Assembly (NCBI GenBank): GCA_017407835.1
Contig: JAFQVV010000032.1
Location: 20,353-84,352 of the forward strand
Direction: 5' to 3'
DNA length: 64,000 bases
Source: Clostridia bacterium
Lineage (GTDB): Bacteria > Bacillota > Clostridia > Oscillospirales > CAG-272
Shown piece after piece: positions 56,601-63,819 of this stretch. The notes under the pieces are model-generated. The model saw nothing but the letters and a program-made list of their open reading frames with translations. It did not search any database and was not told the DNA's origin. Every line of letters begins with the position of its first letter. The stretch's first letter is position 1. The position numbers were made by a program, and so were the translations under genes.

Positions 56601-58160
56601 ATTGGCATCGGTGTAGAATCCGAAGGGAAGAGAGATGTAATAGGTGCCGTCGATGAGGGGAACGGTGAGACTCAAGACGGTGGGAGAGCTGGGTTCTCCG
56701 GTGGTCTCACTGCCCGCGGTGATAGGATCGATGGGCAGACCGGGCCCGGTAATGGTGGGGTCGGTCGTGACAGAATCAGAGGGAATGCTCTCACCCTGCC
56801 GCTCGGCCTCTTCCTCAAGGGTGCGCACGTTCAGCGTACCGTTAAGGCCGCCGGTAATGGTCCACTTGCCGTCGGCATAGGCGAAGGTGATATCGGCCCA
56901 GTAGGGGAGCTTGGAGGAGACGATACTCTCGGCGCAGAGGGCCGAGAGTGTGGCGGTGTCGCCGTCAAAGGTGACGTAGACCTCCATGGGATCGGTGGCA
57001 AGGCCGACCCAGTAGGCGGCGAGGATATCCCGATCTTCGAGAAGTGCTTCTTTCTTTGCCAGAGCGATGATCTCCTCCTCGGCTTTCTCGAGGTCGTAGC
57101 TGTCCTCGCGGCAAGAGACAAGGCCACCGCAGATTGCGGCGATGATCAGTGCCAGTGCAACCAGCCATGCGCCCGTGCGCTTGGCAGTGGTATCCAGAAT
57201 GTTAGCAAAGCGAGCCTTGAGGGTCTTGGCCGATGCGTGGAACTGGGTGTTCAGCCCCGCCGAGGGGGAAGAGATCCCCTCCCGGGCGACCGTCAGCATG
57301 GCCTCGCCGTAGGTTTTGCGGGAGACATTGCCCGAGCGGAAGACGGCGTCGTCGCAGGATTGTTCCATCTCGATCTCCTGCTGTTTCTTCGCCATCCAGA
57401 CCAGGGGATTGAAGAAATGCAGGGCAGAGGAGAGGATGCCCAGCAGCTTCCACCACAGGTCACCTCGGCGGCAATGGATCAGCTCGTGCCGCAGAATGGC
57501 ATCCAGCTCCTCATCGGTGTAATCCCCGTGGGGGAGCAGGATCTCAGGCTTGAACAGTCCCCGCAGCAGGGGAGAGCTGACCTCGGGGCAGAGCCAGAGT
57601 GTGACGCCGGCGGCGGGACCGCGGGTGATTTTCAGCGATGCCTTTGCCCGTTCCAGGGCGGCGGTTAGCCGCGCATCCTCGGCGGGCATCTTCCATCTCC
57701 GCAGCCGCGCGGCTCCGGAGAAGCAGAGCACCGCCTGCCGCAGAAGCAGGATCACCACGCACACCGCCCACACCGGCACCACCACATCAAGGGGATCCAT
57801 GGCAATAGGCAGGGGTTCGGAGGTGACATATTCGGTGTCGGAGATGCCGTCGGTGAGGTAAGGAAGGTTGACATCCACGGATACCGGCGGGACGGGGGTG
57901 AGGGCAATGTCTGTCAGCCCCGGATTGGGCTCGACGATCTGCTCTGCCAAGGGGGACTCGGTAGCGGTGGGCAGATCAATGACGGGGGTGGGGAGAGAAA
58001 TGTTGAAGGGAATGGCCAGCCGCAGGAGAAGAATGCACCAGATGGCATAGCGGCAGCCTGCAGAGAAGCGCCGACCGAAGCGGGAGAAGAGCAGGGCCGC
58101 AAACAAAAGCGGCGTCATGGCCAGAGTAATCTCGGCAATGGTCAGGAACAGGGTGCGCAT
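53631..58160 (-). CDS. BlaR1/MecR1-type M56 membrane metalloprotease fused to a LytM/M23-like domain, three tandem repeats and an unknown C-terminal region (1,509 aa)
   Basis: Four TM helices with the HELIH zinc motif (57474-57488) in the loop before TM4. M23-like segment FHRGVDY...GNYVRIDHGNGYVTGYHHL...GETGHAMGPCLCF. Repeats begin SRLGSEYTAIDYVLKKLYGEDHKYG, SRVAAEYASLTNYLTRTYGQNHGF and TKLAAEYKTVISYLVRKYGDDHGF. ATG at 58160 is 7 nt after AAAGGAG. Confidence 0.8.
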   Translation of the reverse strand: MRTLFLTIAEITLAMTPLLFAALLFSRFGRRFSAGCRYAIWCILLLRLAIPFNISLPTPVIDLPTATESPLAEQIVEPNPGLTDIALTPVPPVSVDVNLPYLTDGISDTEYVTSEPLPIAMDPLDVVVPVWAVCVVILLLRQAVLCFSGAARLRRWKMPAEDARLTAALERAKASLKITRGPAAGVTLWLCPEVSSPLLRGLFKPEILLPHGDYTDEELDAILRHELIHCRRGDLWWKLLGILSSALHFFNPLVWMAKKQQEIEMEQSCDDAVFRSGNVSRKTYGEAMLTVAREGISSPSAGLNTQFHASAKTLKARFANILDTTAKRTGAWLVALALIIAAICGGLVSCREDSYDLEKAEEEIIALAKKEALLEDRDILAAYWVGLATDPMEVYVTFDGDTATLSALCAESIVSSKLPYWADITFAYADGKWTITGGLNGTLNVRTLEEEAERQGESIPSDSVTTDPTITGPGLPIDPITAGSETTGEPSSPTVLSLTVPLIDGTYYISLPFGFYTDANGDQQFHRGVDYAAATGTGVYAAAPGIVSAVGYDAELGWGNYVRIDHGNGYVTGYHHLQAIAVQVGQQVDRSDLIGAVGETGHAMGPCLCFTLSNANGDSMDPESYLFTRSLKASYYYTIHQSLPTLHCWTPLTDPDFSPDIVSRLGSEYTAIDYVLKKLYGEDHKYGQFTLRPEQIVIDGKRMDSVWEIQYSSYESILIAMQAGGGQMYLAKAVSPYRALSAAWYEIINGDKGTVLGGTDYTASAAEDPTPLFNQNVWFIKDEQYEVKLTGVATVQIELSPEGQPQINLPAYSSAQDVSELMDEDTKSRVAAEYASLTNYLTRTYGQNHGFTTLTLTTAVFGDYTSVWSAEKTGGAGILMAMKPGGADYIIADIRCLDSGILPLSAGDSVLYISNQRSCFPCPLIFSLPAPMYHYTLTTDFGKVTLSAGEKLHDLLTDAVRTKLAAEYKTVISYLVRKYGDDHGFTALTLANHTLMFSYAAAGDSHYHVWQVTKSDGNGITIAIRDDNSSSYVISSLSGAAGGMFSYPRFSDNEPFGDTRLGPCTVSPRFPCVVSFSLPASAASTETTNPPVTVSPPATTAEPEENTLQTPTENGYCAHYIALSPGYYYSAYHAFPGSLIDLVGENKFNGWLQTQIDKTACGPNIVQLIRDFGITRAQFEELLVHDPSLFYGGDYNLDLLFGGSDAEIEAYYATANERLATLQTERQLWLAKKAIVEYLTEHNLDALNTWVTEKDRSLGALAGGAHFSVNRLQYWSIVEVAERLSIPEETLKSIVQSRQLPLDTAAICTPGAYAKTKAALGGSPSAHELDLYFLRLTPEQMPPDFAGENPVRYNAEDERFGPCDGWRYFGVKGEIQTVSVPEQSTYTSQMYSSYVRNNIGRIYTDALPKDPATLAAYMLENGNAFWQSMGCSPFAITIKESKMMEVNGVSLCRAIYTIKESTNHTADWIVYYLCEGDTASAFAVCPGESFDFVLSTADRIVGTYRTYTP

Positions 58161-58162
58161 GA

Positions 58163-58549
58163 TCATTCTCCTTTCGCTTGACTCAGGATGGCGGAGATCT
58201 CGTCCAGATCGTCGGCGGAGATGCCGTTGCATTCCACCAAAGCAGCCACCAGGGATTTCACCGAGCCGCCGTGCATCCGTTCAAGAAAACTGCGCGTCTC
58301 TCCGACGCGGTAGGCCTCTTCACTGACGGCGGGGGCGTAGTAATGGAAGCGTTTTTCGCAGGAGAGGGTGACAAAGCCCTTCTCGTGCAGGCGAGTCAGC
58401 AGCACCTGGATGGTGGACAGGCTCCACTCCCGCTTGCCGTGGAGTGCCTCCAGCAGCTGGGATGGGCGGCGGGGTTCTCCGGCCTGCCAAAGTGCTTGCA
58501 TCACGTCCAGCTCTGCATCGGGCAGACGGGTGAATTGGGTGGGGTGCAT
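58163..58549 (-). CDS. BlaI/MecI/CopY-family transcriptional repressor
   Basis: LPDAELDVMQALWQAGEPRRPSQLLEAL...WSLSTIQVLLTRLHEKGFV...YYAPAVSEEAY is a winged-helix Penicillinase_R pattern. ATG at 58549 is 7 nt after GGAGG. Confidence 0.85.
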   Translation of the reverse strand: MHPTQFTRLPDAELDVMQALWQAGEPRRPSQLLEALHGKREWSLSTIQVLLTRLHEKGFVTLSCEKRFHYYAPAVSEEAYRVGETRSFLERMHGGSVKSLVAALVECNGISADDLDEISAILSQAKGE

Positions 58550-58574
58550 ATGCATACCTCCTTTGTTTGAAATT

Positions 58575-58592
58575 CAATGACGTTTGTCTGTG
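58575..58592. promoter_or_regulatory. Operator candidate 2 (downstream of the TSS) for the BlaI-like repressor
   Basis: CAATGACGTTTGTCTGTG matches 14/18 positions of the box at 58611-58628. Core GACGTTTGTC resembles the 4-2-4 TACAnnTGTA layout. Confidence 0.5.
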
Positions 58593-58597
58593 AACTA

Positions 58598-58626
58598 AGT
58601 ATAGCACACTCAACGACATTTGTCAA
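58598..58626 (-). promoter_or_regulatory. Promoter of the blaI-blaR1-like operon
   Basis: Minus strand TTGACA (58626-58621), 17-nt spacer, TGcTATACT (58603-58598). Confidence 0.7.
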
Positions 58627-58628
58627 TG
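58611..58628. promoter_or_regulatory. Operator candidate 1 (overlapping -35) for the BlaI-like repressor
   Basis: CAACGACATTTGTCAATG with the palindromic core GACA-TT-TGTC. Confidence 0.5.
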
Positions 58629-58769
58629 AAAATTTTGTGAACATAAGAAAAATTTTGCAGAATACCCGCCGTCCGGTGCAGGATGCACCGGGCGGCCTTG
58701 ACGAGGAAGGGGAACGAAAACAATCTAATGATCGTATATAAACATTTAAAGAATGTTTGTTAAAATCAA

Positions 58770-58798
58770 TTGACAAATCCCTCCTGCTCTGATATAAT
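58770..58798 (+). promoter_or_regulatory. Promoter of the 58832 gene
   Basis: TTGACA, 17-nt spacer, TGaTATAAT. Preceded by the inverted repeat AAACATT-TAAAG-AATGTTT (58740-58758). Confidence 0.65.
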
Positions 58799-58831
58799 CA
58801 AAGCAAAGATCAAATGCAAGGAGGAGTAGAT

Positions 58832-59095
58832 ATGACGATAATTGTGTACTATGCGGGGCTGGTCCTGATGGTTTTGGTGGATGTTCTCGTAGCTGCTTGG
58901 TGCATAGCGGCCTCCCGCAGGGAAGCCGAAACACCGTTTGTCTGTCCCAACTGCGGCGAGGTTTTCTATGCCAAGTGGTATCGGCTTTGGTGGGGGCGGA
59001 GATTGAGCCTCACGATGCAGGGAAAAGCAAAGCTGAAGTGCCCCCGCTGCGGGAAGACAGATCTGTGCAGATGGATGCGCGAGGGTGCAGAATAA
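58832..59095 (+). CDS. Small membrane protein with zinc ribbon
   Basis: One N-terminal TM helix, then CPNCG...CPRCG. ATG at 58832 follows GGAGGAG. Confidence 0.6.
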   Translation: MTIIVYYAGLVLMVLVDVLVAAWCIAASRREAETPFVCPNCGEVFYAKWYRLWWGRRLSLTMQGKAKLKCPRCGKTDLCRWMREGAE

Positions 59096-59134
59096 GGGAA
59101 AAGGGTGTCACGCCAACGGCGTGACACCCTCGTG

Positions 59135-59836
59135 TTATGTTGTTTTTCGATCGGTTCGGCAGAGAAAGGCCAGCCAGAGCAGGGGATAGACGATGAGAAA
59201 AGCGGCGGTTACATAGCGCATGGCGGTATCTTCGGCACGAAAGACCGACAGGGCATTGACCAGGGAGTGGGTAACGATGCAGGGGATCAGCGAGCCGCTC
59301 TTGTGAAAAATCACCACGAACAGGAAGCCGATGGAGACGGCGTAAGCGATCTGCAGCAGGGTAGGGATCAGCTCGGCGCCGTTGAGCAGGTTGACAATGT
59401 GCCCCACCCCGAAAGTAAGTGCGCTGACAACAATCGCGCTCCGCAGGTTGGATTTGGCCATCATCCGGAAGAGGAAGCCCCGGAAGATGATCTCCTCGAT
59501 GAAGCCGATGTTGAGCATGGTCAGGATGTAGAAGACGGTCTCGGCGGCGGTGAGGTTGAGGTGGATGCCGCTCCAAAGGTTGACCGAGATGATGGGGAGC
59601 AGAGGGAGGAAATATCCGTATTTCCGGGTCTCGGCGGCGTGCACCAGTCCGTAATATCGGCTGCGCCCCAGTGCAAGGATCAGAGCGATCAGCGTGGCGG
59701 AGAAGAGTGTATTGATGACAGTGCTGCGGTAATCCTCGGTCCCGAAGTTCTGCATACAGAAGGAATTGAGCACAACGTACAGGACGATGAGCAGAATGCA
59801 GATGAGAGTTTCGTGCCGTTCAAAGAATTTTTTCAT
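59135..59836 (-). CDS. CPBP-family intramembrane glutamic endopeptidase (CAAX protease-like)
   Basis: EEIIFRGFLF (EExxxR) and FGVGHIVN (FxxxH) motifs; multi-TM. ATG at 59836. Confidence 0.8.
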   Translation of the reverse strand: MKKFFERHETLICILLIVLYVVLNSFCMQNFGTEDYRSTVINTLFSATLIALILALGRSRYYGLVHAAETRKYGYFLPLLPIISVNLWSGIHLNLTAAETVFYILTMLNIGFIEEIIFRGFLFRMMAKSNLRSAIVVSALTFGVGHIVNLLNGAELIPTLLQIAYAVSIGFLFVVIFHKSGSLIPCIVTHSLVNALSVFRAEDTAMRYVTAAFLIVYPLLWLAFLCRTDRKTT

Positions 59837-59976
59837 GTGTTGTCTCCACTTCAAATTCGAAAATTACTCGATTGCTTCATCAAATTCCAATATATCCATC
59901 AACTTGATTATACCATAAAACGCCGAAAAGTAAATAGGGCGGGGCAATTTTTTGCCAATTGAACCGCCCCATATAA

Positions 59977-60005
59977 CAAAAAGCTCTGCCGCAGCAGAGC
60001 TTTTT
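59977..60005. terminator. Bidirectional intrinsic terminator after rpsI
   Basis: 9-bp stem AAGCTCTGC/GCAGAGCTT flanked by an A-run and a T-run. Confidence 0.8.
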
Positions 60006-60024
60006 GTATATAAGAAATAATAAC

Positions 60025-60426
60025 TTATCTCTTGGAGAACTGGGAAGCGCGACGTGCGGCCTTGAGACCGTACTTCTTTCTTTCCTTCATACGAGGGTCA
60101 CGAGTCAGGAAGCCTGCAGCCTTGAGGGCGGGACGATAGTTCTCGTCAGCCTGGCAGAGGGCGCGGGAGAGGCCGTGGCGGATTGCGCCTGCCTGACCGG
60201 AGAGACCGCCGCCGGAAACGGTGGCGATGATGTCAAACTTGCCGGTGGTGCCGGTGGCGCCGAAGGGCTGGTTGACGATGAGGTTCAGAGTCTCGAGACC
60301 GAAGTAGGTGTCGATGTCCTGGCCGTTAATGGTGATTGCGCCGGTACCGGGAACGATACGAACGCGTGCAACCGACTTCTTTCTTCTGCCGGTGCCGTAG
60401 AAATAGGGCTTAGCACTTGTATACAT
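60025..60426 (-). CDS. rpsI: 30S ribosomal protein S9
   Basis: [12 protein letters not shown]...[19 protein letters not shown]...[25 protein letters not shown]. Confidence 0.95.
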   Translation of the reverse strand: MYTSAKPYFYGTGRRKKSVARVRIVPGTGAITINGQDIDTYFGLETLNLIVNQPFGATGTTGKFDIIATVSGGGLSGQAGAIRHGLSRALCQADENYRPALKAAGFLTRDPRMKERKKYGLKAARRASQFSKR

Positions 60427-60451
60427 CAGTTATACCATCCTTTCGTAATTC

Positions 60452-60883
60452 TCAAGCAAAGTCGTAGGGCACGGGCTGCTGTGCCTGCTGCTTGTGCTCG
60501 GCACCTGCGTAAACCTTCAGACGGGTTGCAGAGGTGCGGCCGATCGAGTTGTGGGGGAGCATACCCTTAACAGCAAGCTCCATAGCCAGCTCGGGGCGGG
60601 TAGCCATCAGGGTCTTGTACTGAACTTCCTTCAGACCGCCGATGTAGCCGGAATGACGACGATAGTATTTCTGAGTCAGCTTCTTGCCGGTGAGGACAGC
60701 GTCCTTTGCGTTGATGATGATGACGAACTCACCGCAGTCAACGTGGGGCGTGAACTCGGGGCGATGCTTACCTCTGAGAATGGTAGCGGCGGCAGCTGCG
60801 GTCTTACCCAGGGGCTTGCCGGCAGCGTCCAGAACGTACCACTTGCGCTCAATGGTTTCTTTTTTAGCCATGAAAGTGGACAT
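60452..60883 (-). CDS. rplM: 50S ribosomal protein L13
   Basis: [50 protein letters not shown] at 60883 follows GGAGGAAAT. Confidence 0.95.
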   Translation of the reverse strand: MSTFMAKKETIERKWYVLDAAGKPLGKTAAAAATILRGKHRPEFTPHVDCGEFVIIINAKDAVLTGKKLTQKYYRRHSGYIGGLKEVQYKTLMATRPELAMELAVKGMLPHNSIGRTSATRLKVYAGAEHKQQAQQPVPYDFA

Positions 60884-60930
60884 TGCGAATTTCCTCCGTA
60901 AAAATATAGTGATAATTTTCAACGTGACAT

Positions 60931-60959
60931 AGTATAACACAACTGCCATGGCTTGTCAA
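60931..60959 (-). promoter_or_regulatory. Promoter of rplM-rpsI
   Basis: Minus strand TTGACA (60959-60954), 17-nt spacer, TATACT (60936-60931). Confidence 0.65.
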
Positions 60960-61071
60960 GCCTTTTTTGAAAAAAATCCGAATATTTTGATTTAGCACCC
61001 CGAAACCTCGCAAAATCTTCGATTTTCTCGCGATTTGCAGGCAATATCTCGTGCGCGGAGCGTGTTTTTTG

Positions 61072-61120
61072 CGCAAAATACACGCGTGGGTTATCGCACA
61101 GCGGTACGACAACCCACGCG
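61072..61120 (-). terminator. Terminator of the 61125..61502 gene
   Basis: 10-bp stem CGCGTGGGTT/AACCCACGCG followed by TGTATTTTG on the minus strand. Confidence 0.6.
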
Positions 61121-61124
61121 ATGC

Positions 61125-61502
61125 TCACTCTTCCGCTTTTGCAGCGGTTTGCTTTTCTCCGCAGCCGGGGCAGTAGAGCATATTTTCCTCGAGCCGCGTG
61201 CCGCAGTTGGCACAGCAGACGGCGTTCTCTTCTTTGGAAATGGCAGCGGAGAGGCGGCGGATTTGCTCACGCTGACGGGTGATGCGCCCCATCAGCTCGC
61301 TGACCTCGGCGGCATGATCGTGATTGTATTTGAGCTGATCATAGGTCAGCTTTCCCAAACTTTCATAGCTTTCGCTCAATTCACCCTTTGCGCGATGGAG
61401 CTTGTATTTGAGCTTGACGGCATCCCCAAACTCACCGGCTTTGACGGCAGCCTTATTTGCCGTGCGGTTTACGCCTGCGCGGAAATTATCCCAATTTGCC
61501 AT
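61125..61502 (-). CDS. Coiled-coil protein with C-terminal zinc ribbon
   Basis: CANCG...CPGCG at the C-terminus. ATG at 61502 follows GGGAGGAA. Confidence 0.6.
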   Translation of the reverse strand: MANWDNFRAGVNRTANKAAVKAGEFGDAVKLKYKLHRAKGELSESYESLGKLTYDQLKYNHDHAAEVSELMGRITRQREQIRRLSAAISKEENAVCCANCGTRLEENMLYCPGCGEKQTAAKAEE

Positions 61503-61656
61503 AATCAATTCCTCCCGAACAAAATATAATGTATCCTTTTTATATAGTATAGCGCAGTTTCGGCCGAATGTCAAATTTTTGCTTCAATTTTACGCTTTGG
61601 TCACATATTTGCGGGGGATGGGGAAAAAATATGTTTGTCCGAGAAAGGAGAGAGTC

Positions 61657-62100
61657 ATGAACATCAATAAAACAACCTACGCAAAATATGCCGAAGCGCG
61701 GGCAAAGAAATCGCCCAGCCTCAAAAATTGCCTGTTTGCCTTTTTCGTCGGGGGAAGTATCTGCTGCGGCGCACAGGGGCTGACGACACTGTATCAAAGT
61801 ATGGGAATGCCCAAGGAGGATGCAGGCACACTGACTGCTGTGACATTGGTCTTTTTTGCCGCACTGCTGACAGGTTTGGGATGGTTTGACCGCATTGCCA
61901 AGTATGCGGGAGCAGGGACGCTGGTTCCCATCACCGGATTCGCAAATGCCGTTGTCTCCCCTGCAATCGATACCAAGGCAGAGGGGTTCATCCTTGGTGT
62001 CGGTGCCAAGATTTTTACGGTCGCCGGGCCGGTTCTGCTCTATGGTACGCTGGCAGGGGCGGTGTACGGCTTTATCTATTGGCTGTTTGGCATGATTTGA
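61657..62100 (+). CDS. spoVAC: Stage V sporulation protein AC
   Basis: FFVGGSICCGAQG, KYAGAGTLVPITGFANAVVSPAID and GAKIFTVAGPVLLYG are typical SpoVAC. ATG at 61657 follows AAAGGAG. Confidence 0.85.
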   Translation: MNINKTTYAKYAEARAKKSPSLKNCLFAFFVGGSICCGAQGLTTLYQSMGMPKEDAGTLTAVTLVFFAALLTGLGWFDRIAKYAGAGTLVPITGFANAVVSPAIDTKAEGFILGVGAKIFTVAGPVLLYGTLAGAVYGFIYWLFGMI

Positions 62101-62208
62101 TTCCCCTTGACGGCGGGAGTCGGATTTGATATAATGGAAGAAAAATGTGCTCCCGCGGGCAAAATCTCCGCGGGAGACAGAGATTGCGGAAAAGAAAGGA
62201 AGATACAT

Positions 62209-62778
62209 ATGAAGCCCGAGAAATTGTTGGATTTTTTGACGGTTGCAGGGAAACTGCGCACCATTCCCCGCCATTGCTATACCGCCCACGATCGCCGTGA
62301 GAGTGTTGCCGATCACAGTTGGCGGCTGGTGCTCATGGCTTATTTGTGCGCCGAGGAATATCCCGACATTGACCTCGGCAAGCTGCTGACCTTTGCCGCG
62401 ATTCACGATCTCGGGGAAGCGGTCACGGGAGATATCCCCGCCTTTGTCAAAACCGAAGCGCAGGAGCAGACCGAGGATCGTGCGATTGATGGATTGGTCA
62501 ACACCCTGCCCGAACCCGCCCGCAGCCGCGTAAATGCGCTCTTTGACGAGTATGAGCGTCAGGATTCGGTCGAGGCAAAGCTTTGCCTGGCGCTGGATAA
62601 ATTGGAAGCACTTCTCTCACACAATGAGTCGGATATTTCGACATGGCTGCCGCTTGAATATGAACTCCAGCTGACCTATGGCGCCGAAGAAGCGGCATTT
62701 TCGCCGTATACCGATGCACTGCGCGCCGCGCTGAATGCCGATACCCGCCGCAAAATTGCGGAGGAAGGAAAGCTGTAA
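62209..62778 (+). CDS. HD-domain phosphohydrolase (YfbR-like 5'-nucleotidase family)
   Basis: ESVADHSWRLVLMAY...AAIHDLGEAVTGDIP (H...HD...D). Confidence 0.75.
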   Translation: MKPEKLLDFLTVAGKLRTIPRHCYTAHDRRESVADHSWRLVLMAYLCAEEYPDIDLGKLLTFAAIHDLGEAVTGDIPAFVKTEAQEQTEDRAIDGLVNTLPEPARSRVNALFDEYERQDSVEAKLCLALDKLEALLSHNESDISTWLPLEYELQLTYGAEEAAFSPYTDALRAALNADTRRKIAEEGKL

Positions 62779-62813
62779 ACTGTTGTGTCGATTGTCTTTA
62801 TGTAAACCATCCG

Positions 62814-62851
62814 CAGGCGGAGGAACCGTTGAGTTCCTCCGCCTGTTTTTT
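62814..62851 (+). terminator. Intrinsic terminator
   Basis: 13-bp stem CAGGCGGAGGAAC/GTTCCTCCGCCTG followed by TTTTTT. Confidence 0.85.
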
Positions 62852-62884
62852 GTTTGCTTGCTTTCTTTGCGGGATGTCCATGCT

Positions 62885-62917
62885 TTGACAAAATCCGCGG
62901 AGCACCTCTTGTATAAT
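62885..62917 (+). promoter_or_regulatory. spoIIG-type promoter with over-long spacer
   Basis: TTGACA (62885-62890), 21-nt spacer, TATAAT (62912-62917). TTTGACA at 62884-62890 is one mismatch from a reverse Spo0A box (TTCGNCA). Confidence 0.55.
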
Positions 62918-62937
62918 AGAGGAAAAGGAGGGAGAGC

Positions 62938-63804
62938 ATGGAGCAAATCGTTTATGTGGATGTTCTCTGGCTCATTGATTTCAGCATGGACCTGCTCTCG
63001 CTTGGCTTGGCGGGACATCTCATGCAGCGAGCGGTGAAAGGATGGCGGCTGTGCGGAGCAGCGGCGATCGGTGGAATTTATGCGGTGGCGGCGCTTTTTT
63101 TGCCCGCTGCGGGAATCTTTGGCCTTTTGCTCGACCTTGCGGTGGCAGGGGGGATGGTGTTCGCCGCCTTTGGGCGCTCTTCTCCTCTTCGCTTTGGCTT
63201 GACGCTGGGGAGCTTTTTCCTGATCTCGCTTTTGCTTGGCGGAAGCATGACGGCACTCTGCAATCTGGTTGCATCGCGATTGGGGCGGGGAAGCGGGGAT
63301 GCACCGACGGGAGCTTCCTTTCTGCTGTTGGCATTGGGGGGGAGTGTCATTACCCTGTTCGGTGCGCGGCTTCGACGCCGTGCGGCTCCACGACTGGTCC
63401 CGCTTGAACTTCGCTTGGGGGAGCGTCGTGTGGTGTTGACTGCGCTCAGCGACAGCGGAAATTTGGTGCGTGATCCCATCTCGGGGCGTGCAGTGATTTT
63501 CGTTGCCGAGCGATCACTGCGTGCGCTCTGTCCGGCACATCTTGTCACCGTTTTGCTTGAGGGGCGGACGGATGGTTTGGATGCATTGGCGCCGAGTGAG
63601 GCACGGCGGCTATGCCTGATTCCCGCCGAGACAGTGCAGGGCAGAATGATGCTCGTTGCTCTGCGCCCCGATGAGGTGTGCGTATCGGGGGAGGCGGTGT
63701 CTGCGCTGATTTGTGCGGCAATTTCTCCGATGCGGGGGGAGTATACAGCTGTTGTTCCCGCAGAGACAGTGTCGGTTTCTTCCCGTATGATCGATCTAAT
63801 TTGA
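62938..63804 (+). CDS. spoIIGA: Sigma-E processing peptidase SpoIIGA
   Basis: N-terminal TM helices (VYVDVLWLIDFSMDLLSL) and the aspartic-protease motif LSDSGNLVRDPISGRAVIFV. Confidence 0.9.
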   Translation: MEQIVYVDVLWLIDFSMDLLSLGLAGHLMQRAVKGWRLCGAAAIGGIYAVAALFLPAAGIFGLLLDLAVAGGMVFAAFGRSSPLRFGLTLGSFFLISLLLGGSMTALCNLVASRLGRGSGDAPTGASFLLLALGGSVITLFGARLRRRAAPRLVPLELRLGERRVVLTALSDSGNLVRDPISGRAVIFVAERSLRALCPAHLVTVLLEGRTDGLDALAPSEARRLCLIPAETVQGRMMLVALRPDEVCVSGEAVSALICAAISPMRGEYTAVVPAETVSVSSRMIDLI

Positions 63805-63819
63805 AAGAGAGGTTTTTCT

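Noticed and set aside
53586-57668. Three long plus-strand ORFs (53586..54749, 54762..55556, 55836..57668; 387, 264 and 610 aa) antisense to the giant BlaR1-like gene
   Set aside because: They are Gly/Arg/Ala-rich, low-complexity translations with no RBS. They lie fully inside a minus-strand ORF that has clear M56 and M23 motifs. These are typical shadow ORFs in high-GC DNA.
58665-58700. GC-rich imperfect hairpin (CCGCCGTCCGGTGCA...TGCACCGGGCGG) between the blaI-like promoter and the 58832 gene promoter
   Set aside because: It has no U-tract on either strand, and no gene ends there. It could be an insulator, but I cannot support a function.
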